Below, piece after piece: positions 1 through 7,166 of a stretch of 41,608 nucleotides of DNA. Every line of letters starts with the position of its first letter. The stretch's first letter is position 1. The notes below the pieces were generated by a model. That model was given only the letters and a program-made list of their open reading frames with translations. It searched no databases and had not been told where the DNA came from. The position numbers and the translations under genes are program-made. This DNA comes from an uncultured Gammaproteobacteria bacterium (lineage in GTDB: Bacteria > Patescibacteriota > Patescibacteriia > UBA1558 > 2-01-FULL-52-15): contig CAZQTS010000002.1 of NCBI GenBank assembly GCA_964596475.1, forward strand, positions 1 through 41,608, written 5' to 3'.

Positions 1-147
1 GGCCGAAAAATCGTTCTGTACAGACTCAAGCTCTTGTGAGAGGCGAGCGACATCGGGAGCAAGCACTTGAGCCAAACCAACAAGAGGCCAAGCCCAAAAA
101 AGAGCGGCTGCGAAAGAACTTTTACTTAGAGGTGACAATGCGCGCAT
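1..147 (-). CDS. Partial ORF truncated by the window edge; N-terminus MRALSPLSKSSFAAALFWAWPLVGLAQVLAPDVARLSQELESVQNDFSA... (hydrophobic anchor or signal-like segment)
   Basis: Hand translation of the minus strand. ATG at 147-145 is in an open frame running to position 1. It is on the same strand as the neighbouring genes and overlaps the 3' end of the upstream gene by 26 nt. It is too short for the ORF track. Confidence 0.3.
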   Translation of the reverse strand, partial: MRALSPLSKSSFAAALFWAWPLVGLAQVLAPDVARLSQELESVQNDFSA

Positions 148-2137
148 CAAGTATTACCCCTCCCTTAGTATAAACCCTGACTGGATTAAAATCCATCTCA
201 GAGAACTGCGGCGAGCGTTTCGCAAGCTGGCCGACTTTCACGATAAGTCGTTCAAGAAAATTCCTGTCCAGTGATTGTAAAAGCTCCTGATGTTTCAGCT
301 CGCGTATCATTCGACGCGCGTCGTCTGCCTTCGGATACCCGACAGAGAGTGACGTATCACGTATTTCGTCAGCGAAGCTGCCACCGATGCCAACCATCAC
401 CACCACTCCCATGGTAAGATCCTGCTTCATGCCGACGATCATTTCGGTGCCTCCAAATACCATCGGTTGCGCCAGAACGCCTTCAAAATTCCTGCGGAAC
501 TTTCTGCGCACATCCTTCCAAAAACGTGCGACCTCCCAAGGCGACTGAACATGCAACTGCACGGCGCCGCTTTTCATTTTATGAACAATCTGCGGTGACA
601 GTACCTTCAACGCAACCGGGTACCTTTTGATGTATCGAATATCATTGGGCGACTGGAGAATGATTCCCGTCTGCAGCGGGAATTTTTTTGTGCGAAGAAG
701 CCTTTGTACTTTCGCATAACTCATCAGCATGGGCGCGGTACGGCGCACCGATGACTGCAACCGTAGTGGCGCGCGAAATGGTGCGTGTCGCTCGTAGAAT
801 TTTTTCGCCAGATCAAGGGTATGGAGTGCATCGTACGGGTAGCTGAAATTTAAAATTTTGTATCGGGTAAGCAAACGACGTACTGGCGCAACGATTTCAC
901 CTCCTACTAAGCACACGAGGAGATTTTTATCCGTCTTATCACGCAGCTTCTGCAGGTATCGCGCAAGAGTTGCTCGGGGGGTAGTAGTCTGCGGAGTAAC
1001 AATCAAGAGCACATTTCCGAACGACTTCTCCCGAAGAATAATATCAAGGGCATGCCTAAAACGATCAACATCAGCATCTCCAACGAGATCAATGGGATTC
1101 TTGACTGATGCAGCACTCGGTAGCACTCTTCCCAGCTGTTTTTGAACCGCAGAAGGAACAGCGGCAAGTTGCAGTGATGTGTGCGAAAGCAGATCAACCG
1201 CAACAATCGCCGGCCCACCCGCGTTGGTGACGACCACCACGGATCGCGATGGATTGCGAGGTGTAAAGGCGAAAAAATTAATCAGATTAAATAATTCTTC
1301 TAAGTCTTGCACCTCGATTGCGCCTACCCCACGCATCACTGCAGAAAATATCTGTGACGAGCCGGCTAAGCTTCCGGTATGCGACAGCACCGCTTGCTGT
1401 CCGGCAGGAGAATCGCCCGCCTTGAGCACAATAATCGGTTTTTTCCTGCTGATTTTTGATACAAGGGATATGAACCGTGGACCATCGCTTAAACGTTCAA
1501 GATACAGTGCAATAATTGAGGTCTGGGGGTCGGAAGACAGATACTCAAGTGCATCCACCTCGCGAATGCCACTCTCATTTCCCAAACTCACCAGTTTGCT
1601 TATCCCAACGCCGACTTCGCGAGACCAGTCAATTAAACTCACGAGCAGAGCGCCGCTTTGGGTGATAAAAGAAACACCGCCGGGCTTTGGATAGCCTGAT
1701 GAAAAGGATGCATTCAGTTTTACATGAGTATTCACGTACCCCATGCAGTTGGGGCCCAAGAGCTGTATGTTGTATTTTCTCGCTACCCTCCGCAACTGCG
1801 CTTCCCGTGCAACGCCTTCACTACTGATTTCACTAAACCCTGCAGAAATGACCACCGCGAACGGAACCTTCTTTTTACCGCATTCAATAAGCGACGGGGC
1901 AACAAGTTTTGCTGGCAGTACAATAACCGCAACATCAACCGCGCCAGGCACGTCACCAATCCGCGCATAGCACGGCAGGCCCAACATGCGGCGTGCATGC
2001 GGATTGACAGGGATCAACTGACCTTTGAATCCCGACGCTTTGATGTTCGCAAGTACGGCATGTCCGATTTTTTTTGAACTACGTGACGCGCCGATGACCG
2101 CGATGGATTGTGGTTCAAATAGCTTTGAAAGATTCAT
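122..2137 (-). CDS. ADP-forming acetyl-CoA synthetase / acetate--CoA ligase family protein (fused CoA-binding, CoA-ligase and ATP-grasp domains)
   Basis: 671 aa. The N-terminus 'FEPQSIAVIGASRSSKKIGHAVLANI...LIPVNP' is a typical CoA-binding Rossmann domain. 'GPNCMGY' and 'ITQSGAL' are succinyl-CoA-synthetase-alpha-like motifs. The C-terminal ~220 aa look like an ATP-grasp domain. Confidence 0.8.
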   Translation of the reverse strand: MNLSKLFEPQSIAVIGASRSSKKIGHAVLANIKASGFKGQLIPVNPHARRMLGLPCYARIGDVPGAVDVAVIVLPAKLVAPSLIECGKKKVPFAVVISAGFSEISSEGVAREAQLRRVARKYNIQLLGPNCMGYVNTHVKLNASFSSGYPKPGGVSFITQSGALLVSLIDWSREVGVGISKLVSLGNESGIREVDALEYLSSDPQTSIIALYLERLSDGPRFISLVSKISRKKPIIVLKAGDSPAGQQAVLSHTGSLAGSSQIFSAVMRGVGAIEVQDLEELFNLINFFAFTPRNPSRSVVVVTNAGGPAIVAVDLLSHTSLQLAAVPSAVQKQLGRVLPSAASVKNPIDLVGDADVDRFRHALDIILREKSFGNVLLIVTPQTTTPRATLARYLQKLRDKTDKNLLVCLVGGEIVAPVRRLLTRYKILNFSYPYDALHTLDLAKKFYERHAPFRAPLRLQSSVRRTAPMLMSYAKVQRLLRTKKFPLQTGIILQSPNDIRYIKRYPVALKVLSPQIVHKMKSGAVQLHVQSPWEVARFWKDVRRKFRRNFEGVLAQPMVFGGTEMIVGMKQDLTMGVVVMVGIGGSFADEIRDTSLSVGYPKADDARRMIRELKHQELLQSLDRNFLERLIVKVGQLAKRSPQFSEMDFNPVRVYTKGGVILDARIVTSK

Positions 2138-3115
2138 TTATACACGGAGTTTACGCGCATCAGAGCTCTTGAGAATACCGGTCTGCGCCCCCTGCATCGA
2201 GACCACAGACGAGCTATTATACATAGCGAGCTTCAAGGCTCGATCGATCCGCCCGTACTTTATGAGTCCGGTCAAGAAACCTGATCCGAACGCATCGCCG
2301 GCGCCGGTTCGATTCACTTGTTTTCCAATCTTTGCAGGCTGATAATGCATCTTTTTGCCATCAAAAAGATATGCGCCGTCATGGCCGCAGGTGATAATGG
2401 TAATCCGGCATCCGTATTGGTGCAGGAGCTTGAGGAGCATCCGAGGGTCTGGTCGGCGTATACTCCTGCCCGAGCGTGCGATCAGTTCAAGGGCTTCATC
2501 GAGGTTCACCATAAAAACTTCAGTCGACTTCAGATATCGCTTCAAATACATGATGCCAACGCTCATTTGTTCTGATCCGGGATTCCACATCAGGCGCAGC
2601 CCATGTCGGGAACGCGCACCGATACGATCTAAACCCACTCTCCAGTTATGAGAGAGAGACGTCAGATATATCCAGGGAGAGACGATGCGAGAAACAACTG
2701 ATTGCGACAAATCAAGATGACTGCTCGCTCCCCGCGATACAAACCAAACACAATTATTCCGGCCCACGTTCACCATAAAAGTGGTTGCCGTGGGTTCCCC
2801 CTTGATACGCTGCACGGCTGCTGTATCGATGCCCTCCGTCCGCAGATTGGCCAGGCACTCGTCGCCGATGGCGTCGGTGCCGATGGCGCTCACCACAGCT
2901 GGTTTCAAACCTTGACGCGCGAAGGTGACAGCGGCATTTGCCGCGCCGCCCCCAAAGCTAAAGAAAGTGTTCTGTCCAACGATTTTTGTCCCGCGCTCAA
3001 ATCCAAGAAGCTTTAGTCTGCGTAGGTCACGGGGATTGTTAATGAGAGTGCCTTCATCCGCATAAAAATGAATATCGAGAGTGGTCGTGCCTATGGTGGT
3101 GACTGCCGGTTGCAT
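2138..3115 (-). CDS. PfkB-family carbohydrate/nucleoside kinase (ribokinase-like)
   Basis: 325 aa. It has 'GGGAANAAVTFARQG' (N-terminal PfkB motif) and 'NRTGAGDAFGSGFL' (C-terminal PfkB ATP/anion-hole motif). It abuts the upstream gene with no gap. Confidence 0.75.
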   Translation of the reverse strand: MQPAVTTIGTTTLDIHFYADEGTLINNPRDLRRLKLLGFERGTKIVGQNTFFSFGGGAANAAVTFARQGLKPAVVSAIGTDAIGDECLANLRTEGIDTAAVQRIKGEPTATTFMVNVGRNNCVWFVSRGASSHLDLSQSVVSRIVSPWIYLTSLSHNWRVGLDRIGARSRHGLRLMWNPGSEQMSVGIMYLKRYLKSTEVFMVNLDEALELIARSGRSIRRPDPRMLLKLLHQYGCRITIITCGHDGAYLFDGKKMHYQPAKIGKQVNRTGAGDAFGSGFLTGLIKYGRIDRALKLAMYNSSSVVSMQGAQTGILKSSDARKLRV

Positions 3116-3117
3116 AG

Positions 3118-4722
3118 TCAGGTATTTTTGTAGATGTCCTCTTTCTTCTCCCGCAAAAATCGAAACCAGCTTTCTATCATTTCGACGACTAATTTGAACG
3201 GCGCGTCAATGATAAAATCTAAGATAAACGCGAAGAGATTAATGCGTCGCATATTCGTCGAGAACCAGTGTCCCGCCCGAATAAGCGGCAGTGAAAAAAA
3301 CGTAACCACGTAGCCGGTGAAACCTTCGCGTCGAGCCTGGACCGAATAATCCTGCGTTGATTGTCTGATGCGGGTGCCGAAGAAACTAACTGCGGTCACA
3401 AAAAATATAAAGATTGCGCCACTCAATACATTAAACTGGAGCAACCGCAAGAGATACATAATAATCCCGAAAATAAAACCGTACAAGAGTACGTAAAATA
3501 AATATTCAAAAAAGAAAAATACCGGACCTTGTCGTCGTCGAACGCGGAGTTCACACAAAATCTCTCTCGCCGGTTCTCCATAAACGATATTTTGAATTTC
3601 ATCAATAATGGCGCGCGTATTCGAAGCGCCGGGCAGCCGCGCAGATAGGGTTATCAAAAACATAAGCACGGGCGGAATGAAGAGGTTGATACCCAGGGCT
3701 AGAAAATTGACATACCCAACGGTATACAGATCGTACGGATACTCAACAATCAGAGCGAGCGCAACTTTCGTAATGAGAATGTAGAGAACCGCTCGCAGGG
3801 ACCGGCTCTGCAGTTTTCTGCGGAGCGACTTATAGTTTCGGTCAATCACCGTGCGCGCCTCCGTTTCCAAATACTGGGGATTTGCAAACAAATCAACGAG
3901 GTTGTCTTTGTGGACATTGATCAATTCGCGCAAGACTCTAAAGACAACAATCTGCTTCTTCAGGCTTTTTGCAATTTTGGTGCGAATGGTCGAGTTGAGA
4001 TGCGCTTGAATACCGTAGTATACACTTGCAATCTTCTCCGCAACGTATTCAGTAAGCCGCTTGTCAGCTGTGGGCCAGTCGGGAAAATAGAGATTGAGCA
4101 GGTGATACGAAATAATCGGATTATCCGACTTCACCAGTTCCTTATGAAAGGTGATATACAGCTGGATGTTCTTTTCGCGATTCGACAATATTTCGCCCCG
4201 CAGCTTAATGCGATCTTTCACGATCGTATAGAGCGTTTCAATAAGCGCATCAACGCGCCATTCAGGAACCAAAGCGAGATCAATCTCGCACGCCGCAAGC
4301 CCCGCAATCCAGTTGATAATTTTTCGTCGCTCTCGAGTGTGCTGTAACGTATCCTGCACCAAATCAATGAGATACGCGTACTTATTAATAATCACACCGA
4401 GCGTACCTGCCATCGATTCCGGAATCGACTCATTCGGCAGATAGCCGCTGCGAATCAACTCTTCGATCATTGACTGCGCCACTTTCGGTTTCAAGCTTTC
4501 CATGACAATGCGCCGCTTAATGTTTCGTTCAATGGCGAAACGGCGTAACAGATGATCTTCCTGATAGTCCATCGTGTTGCGCAATTTCTCGTACAAGAAT
4601 GACAACTTGCCCACGATATCATCAACCGTGATTGGGTTTTCCGCTTCTGTGGGAGCGCTCCCGACGCGATTAATCGCAATCAGACGACGATACAGCTCTT
4701 CGATGCTGTCCGAAATCTGCAT
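3118..4722 (-). CDS. Hypothetical membrane protein: ~330-aa helical soluble N-domain plus a C-terminal polytopic region
   Basis: 534-aa uninterrupted ORF. Hydrophobic segments include 'AVLYILITKVALALIV', 'FLALGINLFIPPVLMFLITL', 'FFFFEYLFYVLLYGFIFGIIMYLL' and 'AIFIFFVTAVSFFG'. I recognise no catalytic motif. Confidence 0.5.
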   Translation of the reverse strand: MQISDSIEELYRRLIAINRVGSAPTEAENPITVDDIVGKLSFLYEKLRNTMDYQEDHLLRRFAIERNIKRRIVMESLKPKVAQSMIEELIRSGYLPNESIPESMAGTLGVIINKYAYLIDLVQDTLQHTRERRKIINWIAGLAACEIDLALVPEWRVDALIETLYTIVKDRIKLRGEILSNREKNIQLYITFHKELVKSDNPIISYHLLNLYFPDWPTADKRLTEYVAEKIASVYYGIQAHLNSTIRTKIAKSLKKQIVVFRVLRELINVHKDNLVDLFANPQYLETEARTVIDRNYKSLRRKLQSRSLRAVLYILITKVALALIVEYPYDLYTVGYVNFLALGINLFIPPVLMFLITLSARLPGASNTRAIIDEIQNIVYGEPAREILCELRVRRRQGPVFFFFEYLFYVLLYGFIFGIIMYLLRLLQFNVLSGAIFIFFVTAVSFFGTRIRQSTQDYSVQARREGFTGYVVTFFSLPLIRAGHWFSTNMRRINLFAFILDFIIDAPFKLVVEMIESWFRFLREKKEDIYKNT

Positions 4723-4769
4723 ATATCACACTATAGCATATTTTATGCATTCTTTATAGCGGAACAAAA

Positions 4770-4798
4770 TTGACAACCAAAGAGAATCATACTATCGT
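4770..4798 (+). promoter_or_regulatory. Candidate sigma70-type promoter (TTGACA-17 nt-TATCGT) upstream of the tRNA-Gln locus
   Basis: TTGACA at 4770-4775, a 17-nt spacer, then TATCGT at 4793-4798. It lies about 25 nt upstream of the first (truncated) tRNA copy. Confidence 0.35.
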
Positions 4799-4823
4799 TG
4801 GTATGATTTTTTAAACAAATCAT

Positions 4824-4878
4824 TCGGGGATCGTCTAACGGCAGGACACCAGGTTTTGGTCCTGGGAATTGGGGTTCG
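4824..4878 (+). pseudogene. Truncated copy of tRNA-Gln(UUG): exact 55-nt duplicate of the 5' portion (acceptor 5' strand through T-loop position G57)
   Basis: 4824-4878 is identical base-for-base to 5217-5271. Identity ends inside the T-loop (TTCG|AAT). There is no matching 3' T-stem or acceptor strand downstream. Confidence 0.8.
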
Positions 4879-4919
4879 CCCGGTCATCCGACCGGGCGCC
4901 CGGGGTTCATCCCCGGGCG
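4879..4919. repeat. GC-rich double hairpin inserted at the break point of the truncated tRNA copy
   Basis: CCCGGTC-atcc-GACCGGG is a 7-bp stem. It is followed directly by CGCCCGGGG-ttcat-CCCCGGGCG, a 9-bp stem. The next bases are 'aatcc', which continue the T-loop sequence for 5 nt. Confidence 0.7.
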
Positions 4920-4952
4920 AATCCACGCTAATAAACTTGACGAAAAGCGATT

Positions 4953-5231
4953 ATGGTCTACGTATATTTTTTACGTCTCAACGACGCGACTATCTATAAA
5001 GGGTTGACTACGAGGCTTAAGGAACGCTATAACGAACACAGGCTCGGTAAGGTTCATTCAACAAAACACAAGAGACCGTTATTGCTAATTGGATATGAAG
5101 CGTACATGTGTAAAAGCGATGCTGAGCGCCGAGAACGTTTTTTAAAGACCACGGACGGAAGATGCTTGCTGAGGCAACAATACCGTGATGCATTGAACGA
5201 ATCAATGCAACATCTTTCGGGGATCGTCTAA
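4953..5231 (+). CDS. Small GIY-YIG nuclease family protein (UPF0213/YhbQ/Slx1-like)
   Basis: 92 aa. 'VYVYFLRLNDATIYKGLTTRLKERYNEH' carries the GIY...YIG-type motifs and a conserved Arg. 'AERRERFLK' supplies the conserved Glu region. The last 15 nt, including the TAA stop, lie inside the downstream tRNA. Confidence 0.8.
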   Translation: MVYVYFLRLNDATIYKGLTTRLKERYNEHRLGKVHSTKHKRPLLLIGYEAYMCKSDAERRERFLKTTDGRCLLRQQYRDALNESMQHLSGIV

Positions 5232-5290
5232 CGGCAGGACACCAGGTTTTGGTCCTGGGAATTGGGGTTCGAATCCCTATCCCCGAGCCA
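5217..5290 (+). tRNA. tRNA-Gln (anticodon UUG), 74 nt with genomically encoded CCA
   Basis: Manual cloverleaf: acceptor TCGGGGA/TCCCCGA; D arm GTCT-AACGGCA-GGAC; anticodon arm CCAGG-TTTTGGT-CCTGG (TTG); variable GAAT; T arm TGGGG-TTCGAAT-CCCTA; discriminator G; CCA. Confidence 0.9.
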
Positions 5291-5463
5291 GCCTTCGCCA
5301 AGGCTTCGGCTGGCAAGCCCTATTGGAAAAGGCTTAGCGAAGGCTGGCGAGGTTTCCGGCACTCCGTAGCTTCATGCGAAGGGCGCCCAGAGCCATCCGC
5401 CAGAGGCGGATGCCCCGAGCTTGTCGAGGGGCCCCAGTGAGGGTTTGCAAAAGCTCTTTTTTT
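5287..5463. repeat. GC-rich multi-hairpin intergenic element (REP/MITE-like) ending in a T-run; may act as the terminator for the tRNA transcript
   Basis: There is a 12-bp inverted repeat, GCCAGCCTTCGC (5287-5298) with GCGAAGGCTGGC (5337-5348). An alternative partner GGCTGGC lies at 5308-5314. A hairpin CATCCGCC-aga-GGCGGATG spans 5394-5412. GAGCTT (5417-5422) can pair with AAGCTC (5451-5456), followed by seven Ts at 5457-5463. Confidence 0.55.
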
Positions 5464-5531
5464 GTTTGACCCCAGATGAGAAATAGAACTATAATGCTTC
5501 TATAGAATGGGATTCGAACGGGCAGCGGGAA

Positions 5532-7166
5532 TTACTTTCTCTGCAGCGCAGCGCGCATGAATGCTACAAACAGCGGGTGAGGCCGAAGCGGTCGCGATTC
5601 AAATTCGGGATGAAATTGGGTGCCCAAAAAAAATGGATGTTTGGTTCTCGGCAACTCCATAATTTCAACAAGGTTATTGTCAGGACAAATGCCGGAGAAG
5701 ATCATGCCTGCTTGTTCCAGCCGCGCTTTGTAGGCATTATTAAATTCATAGCGGTGACGGTGCCGTTCCCTTATGACACTCTGCCGATACACCGAACGCG
5801 CAAGAGTTCCTTCTTTGAGTCTGCACGCATACGATCCGAGTCGCATGGTATTCCCGTAATTTTTTTTGGCCAAGTTTCTTTCCTGCTTTTCATTGATATG
5901 AATGACCGGATGCGGCGTTTTTGGATTGATCTCTATGGTATGGGCATCTGCCAATTTCGCAACAGTGCGTGCGAACTCAACCGTTGCAAGTTGCATACCG
6001 TAACATAAGCCCAGGTAGGGGATCTTGCGTTCGCGCACATATCGTATCGCGGCAATCACACCCGCAATACCCCGACTGCCAAAACCACCGGGCACAATCA
6101 CCCCATCCATTTTTTTAAGAATCTCAAGTCGCGAAGGATTGCGCTCGAAGTCTTCTGAATCTATCCAATGCAGTGCAGGTCTGCAGGTAAGCTGTGCTGC
6201 AGCGTGTTTAATAGCCTCGATAACTGAAATATAGACGTCAGATAAAATATAGTTGCCCGATGCGAAATACTTACCCACAACCGCGATAGCAACTTTTTTA
6301 CGGGCCGAGAGCAAATTACGCACCATGTGCGCCCATGCCCGCATGTCGCGCGTGCGCGGTTTGACGCCGAACTTTTTCAAAATCTTATTCCCCAAATCCT
6401 GCTTCTCAAAGTTGAGCGGCACGTCGTAAATGCTATCGACATCCGGCGCGGAAATGACATCATCCATGGAAACGTTGCAAAAAGTCGCGATTTTCATCCT
6501 CCTTTTTTTGTCGATCGGATCTTCAGCACGACAGATGACAAAATCATTTTGAATGCCAGCGCTGTTTAAGGTGCGGGACGCGTACTGCGTTGGCTTGGTC
6601 TTCATCTCACCCACTTTTGTTGGTATCGGCAAGTAGCTGACAAGCACAAAAAGTACATCGCCACTCGCTTCAAGCTTCATCATACGAGCAGCTTCAAGAA
6701 AGATGAGGTTCTGGTACTCCCCAACGGTGCCGCCAATTTCGACGATGGTAAAATCAGCGTTGTTTTCGCGTGCAGCTTTTTTTATGCGCCGGATCACTTC
6801 ATTGGGGATATCAGGCACGACCTCCACGTCGCGTCCCTTGTATTCTAGGTTGCGCTCTTTCGTGATGACGGTCAGATACACGCGTCCAGTCGTCATGTAA
6901 TTGGTGCGCGAAAGACTTTTATTCAAAAACCGTTCGTAGTTGCCAATGTCCTGATCAGTCTCATCGCCATCCACCGTGACAAAGACTTCTCCGTGCACCG
7001 TCGGATTCATGGTACCGGCATCGACATTTATATAAGGGTCAATCTTTACTGCCGTAACGGTATAGCCCTTGCTCTGTAAGATAGTACCAATAGATGCTGT
7101 GGTAATCCCCTTCCCCACTCCTGACATGACCCCGCCAACGACAAATATGTATTTTGAATTTTTCAT
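5532..7166 (-). CDS. pyrG: CTP synthase
   Basis: 544 aa. 'YIFVVGGVMSGVGKGITTASIG' is the synthetase-domain N-terminus. 'GLCYGMQL' and 'HRHRYEFN' mark the class-I glutamine amidotransferase domain. Confidence 0.95.
   Translation of the reverse strand: MKNSKYIFVVGGVMSGVGKGITTASIGTILQSKGYTVTAVKIDPYINVDAGTMNPTVHGEVFVTVDGDETDQDIGNYERFLNKSLSRTNYMTTGRVYLTVITKERNLEYKGRDVEVVPDIPNEVIRRIKKAARENNADFTIVEIGGTVGEYQNLIFLEAARMMKLEASGDVLFVLVSYLPIPTKVGEMKTKPTQYASRTLNSAGIQNDFVICRAEDPIDKKRRMKIATFCNVSMDDVISAPDVDSIYDVPLNFEKQDLGNKILKKFGVKPRTRDMRAWAHMVRNLLSARKKVAIAVVGKYFASGNYILSDVYISVIEAIKHAAAQLTCRPALHWIDSEDFERNPSRLEILKKMDGVIVPGGFGSRGIAGVIAAIRYVRERKIPYLGLCYGMQLATVEFARTVAKLADAHTIEINPKTPHPVIHINEKQERNLAKKNYGNTMRLGSYACRLKEGTLARSVYRQSVIRERHRHRYEFNNAYKARLEQAGMIFSGICPDNNLVEIMELPRTKHPFFLGTQFHPEFESRPLRPHPLFVAFMRAALQRK

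Noticed and set aside
4824-4940. The possibility that the first tRNA-like copy is a functional tRNA carrying an intron or insertion in the T-loop, or a long-variable-arm tRNA.
   Set aside because: After the 41-nt hairpin insert only 'aatcc' continues the tRNA. There is no CCCTA T-stem strand and no properly placed TCCCCGA acceptor strand. The 'TCCCCGG' inside the second hairpin could pair with the 5' acceptor strand, but it has no T-arm in front of it. A complete contiguous tRNA exists 393 nt downstream, so splicing is not needed.
5017-5440. ORF-track entries 5017..5316 (-) and 5249..5440 (+), and likewise 41405..41587 (-), as protein-coding genes.
   Set aside because: They run across the tRNA gene and the GC-rich hairpin repeats. 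Their translations (for example '...GCPELVEGPQ') are the typical artefactual products of palindromic repeat elements.
5287-5463. The GC-rich hairpin clusters (also 4879-4919, 28179-28230 and 41445-41585) as a CRISPR array or riboswitch.
   Set aside because: There are no regularly spaced direct repeats with unique spacers and no cas genes. Each locus has different palindromes with only short shared cores. I could match none to a riboswitch class, so they are treated as REP/MITE-like structured repeats.
5480-5510. An AT-rich segment with TATAAT and the 10-nt palindrome TTCTATAGAA downstream of pyrG, as a promoter or operator.
   Set aside because: No plus-strand gene follows it, since pyrG is on the minus strand and ends here, and there is no matching -35 element. 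It is most likely just the AT-rich 3' flank.
5497-5520. An 11-nt T-loop-like string (minus strand GTTCGAATCCC, identical to the tRNA-Gln T-loop region) just downstream of pyrG, suggesting another tRNA or tRNA fragment.
   Set aside because: The flanking bases do not form a T-stem (GCCCG versus CCCAT). The rest of a cloverleaf would have to lie inside the pyrG coding sequence. It may be a relic or chance match, and it cannot be supported as a gene.
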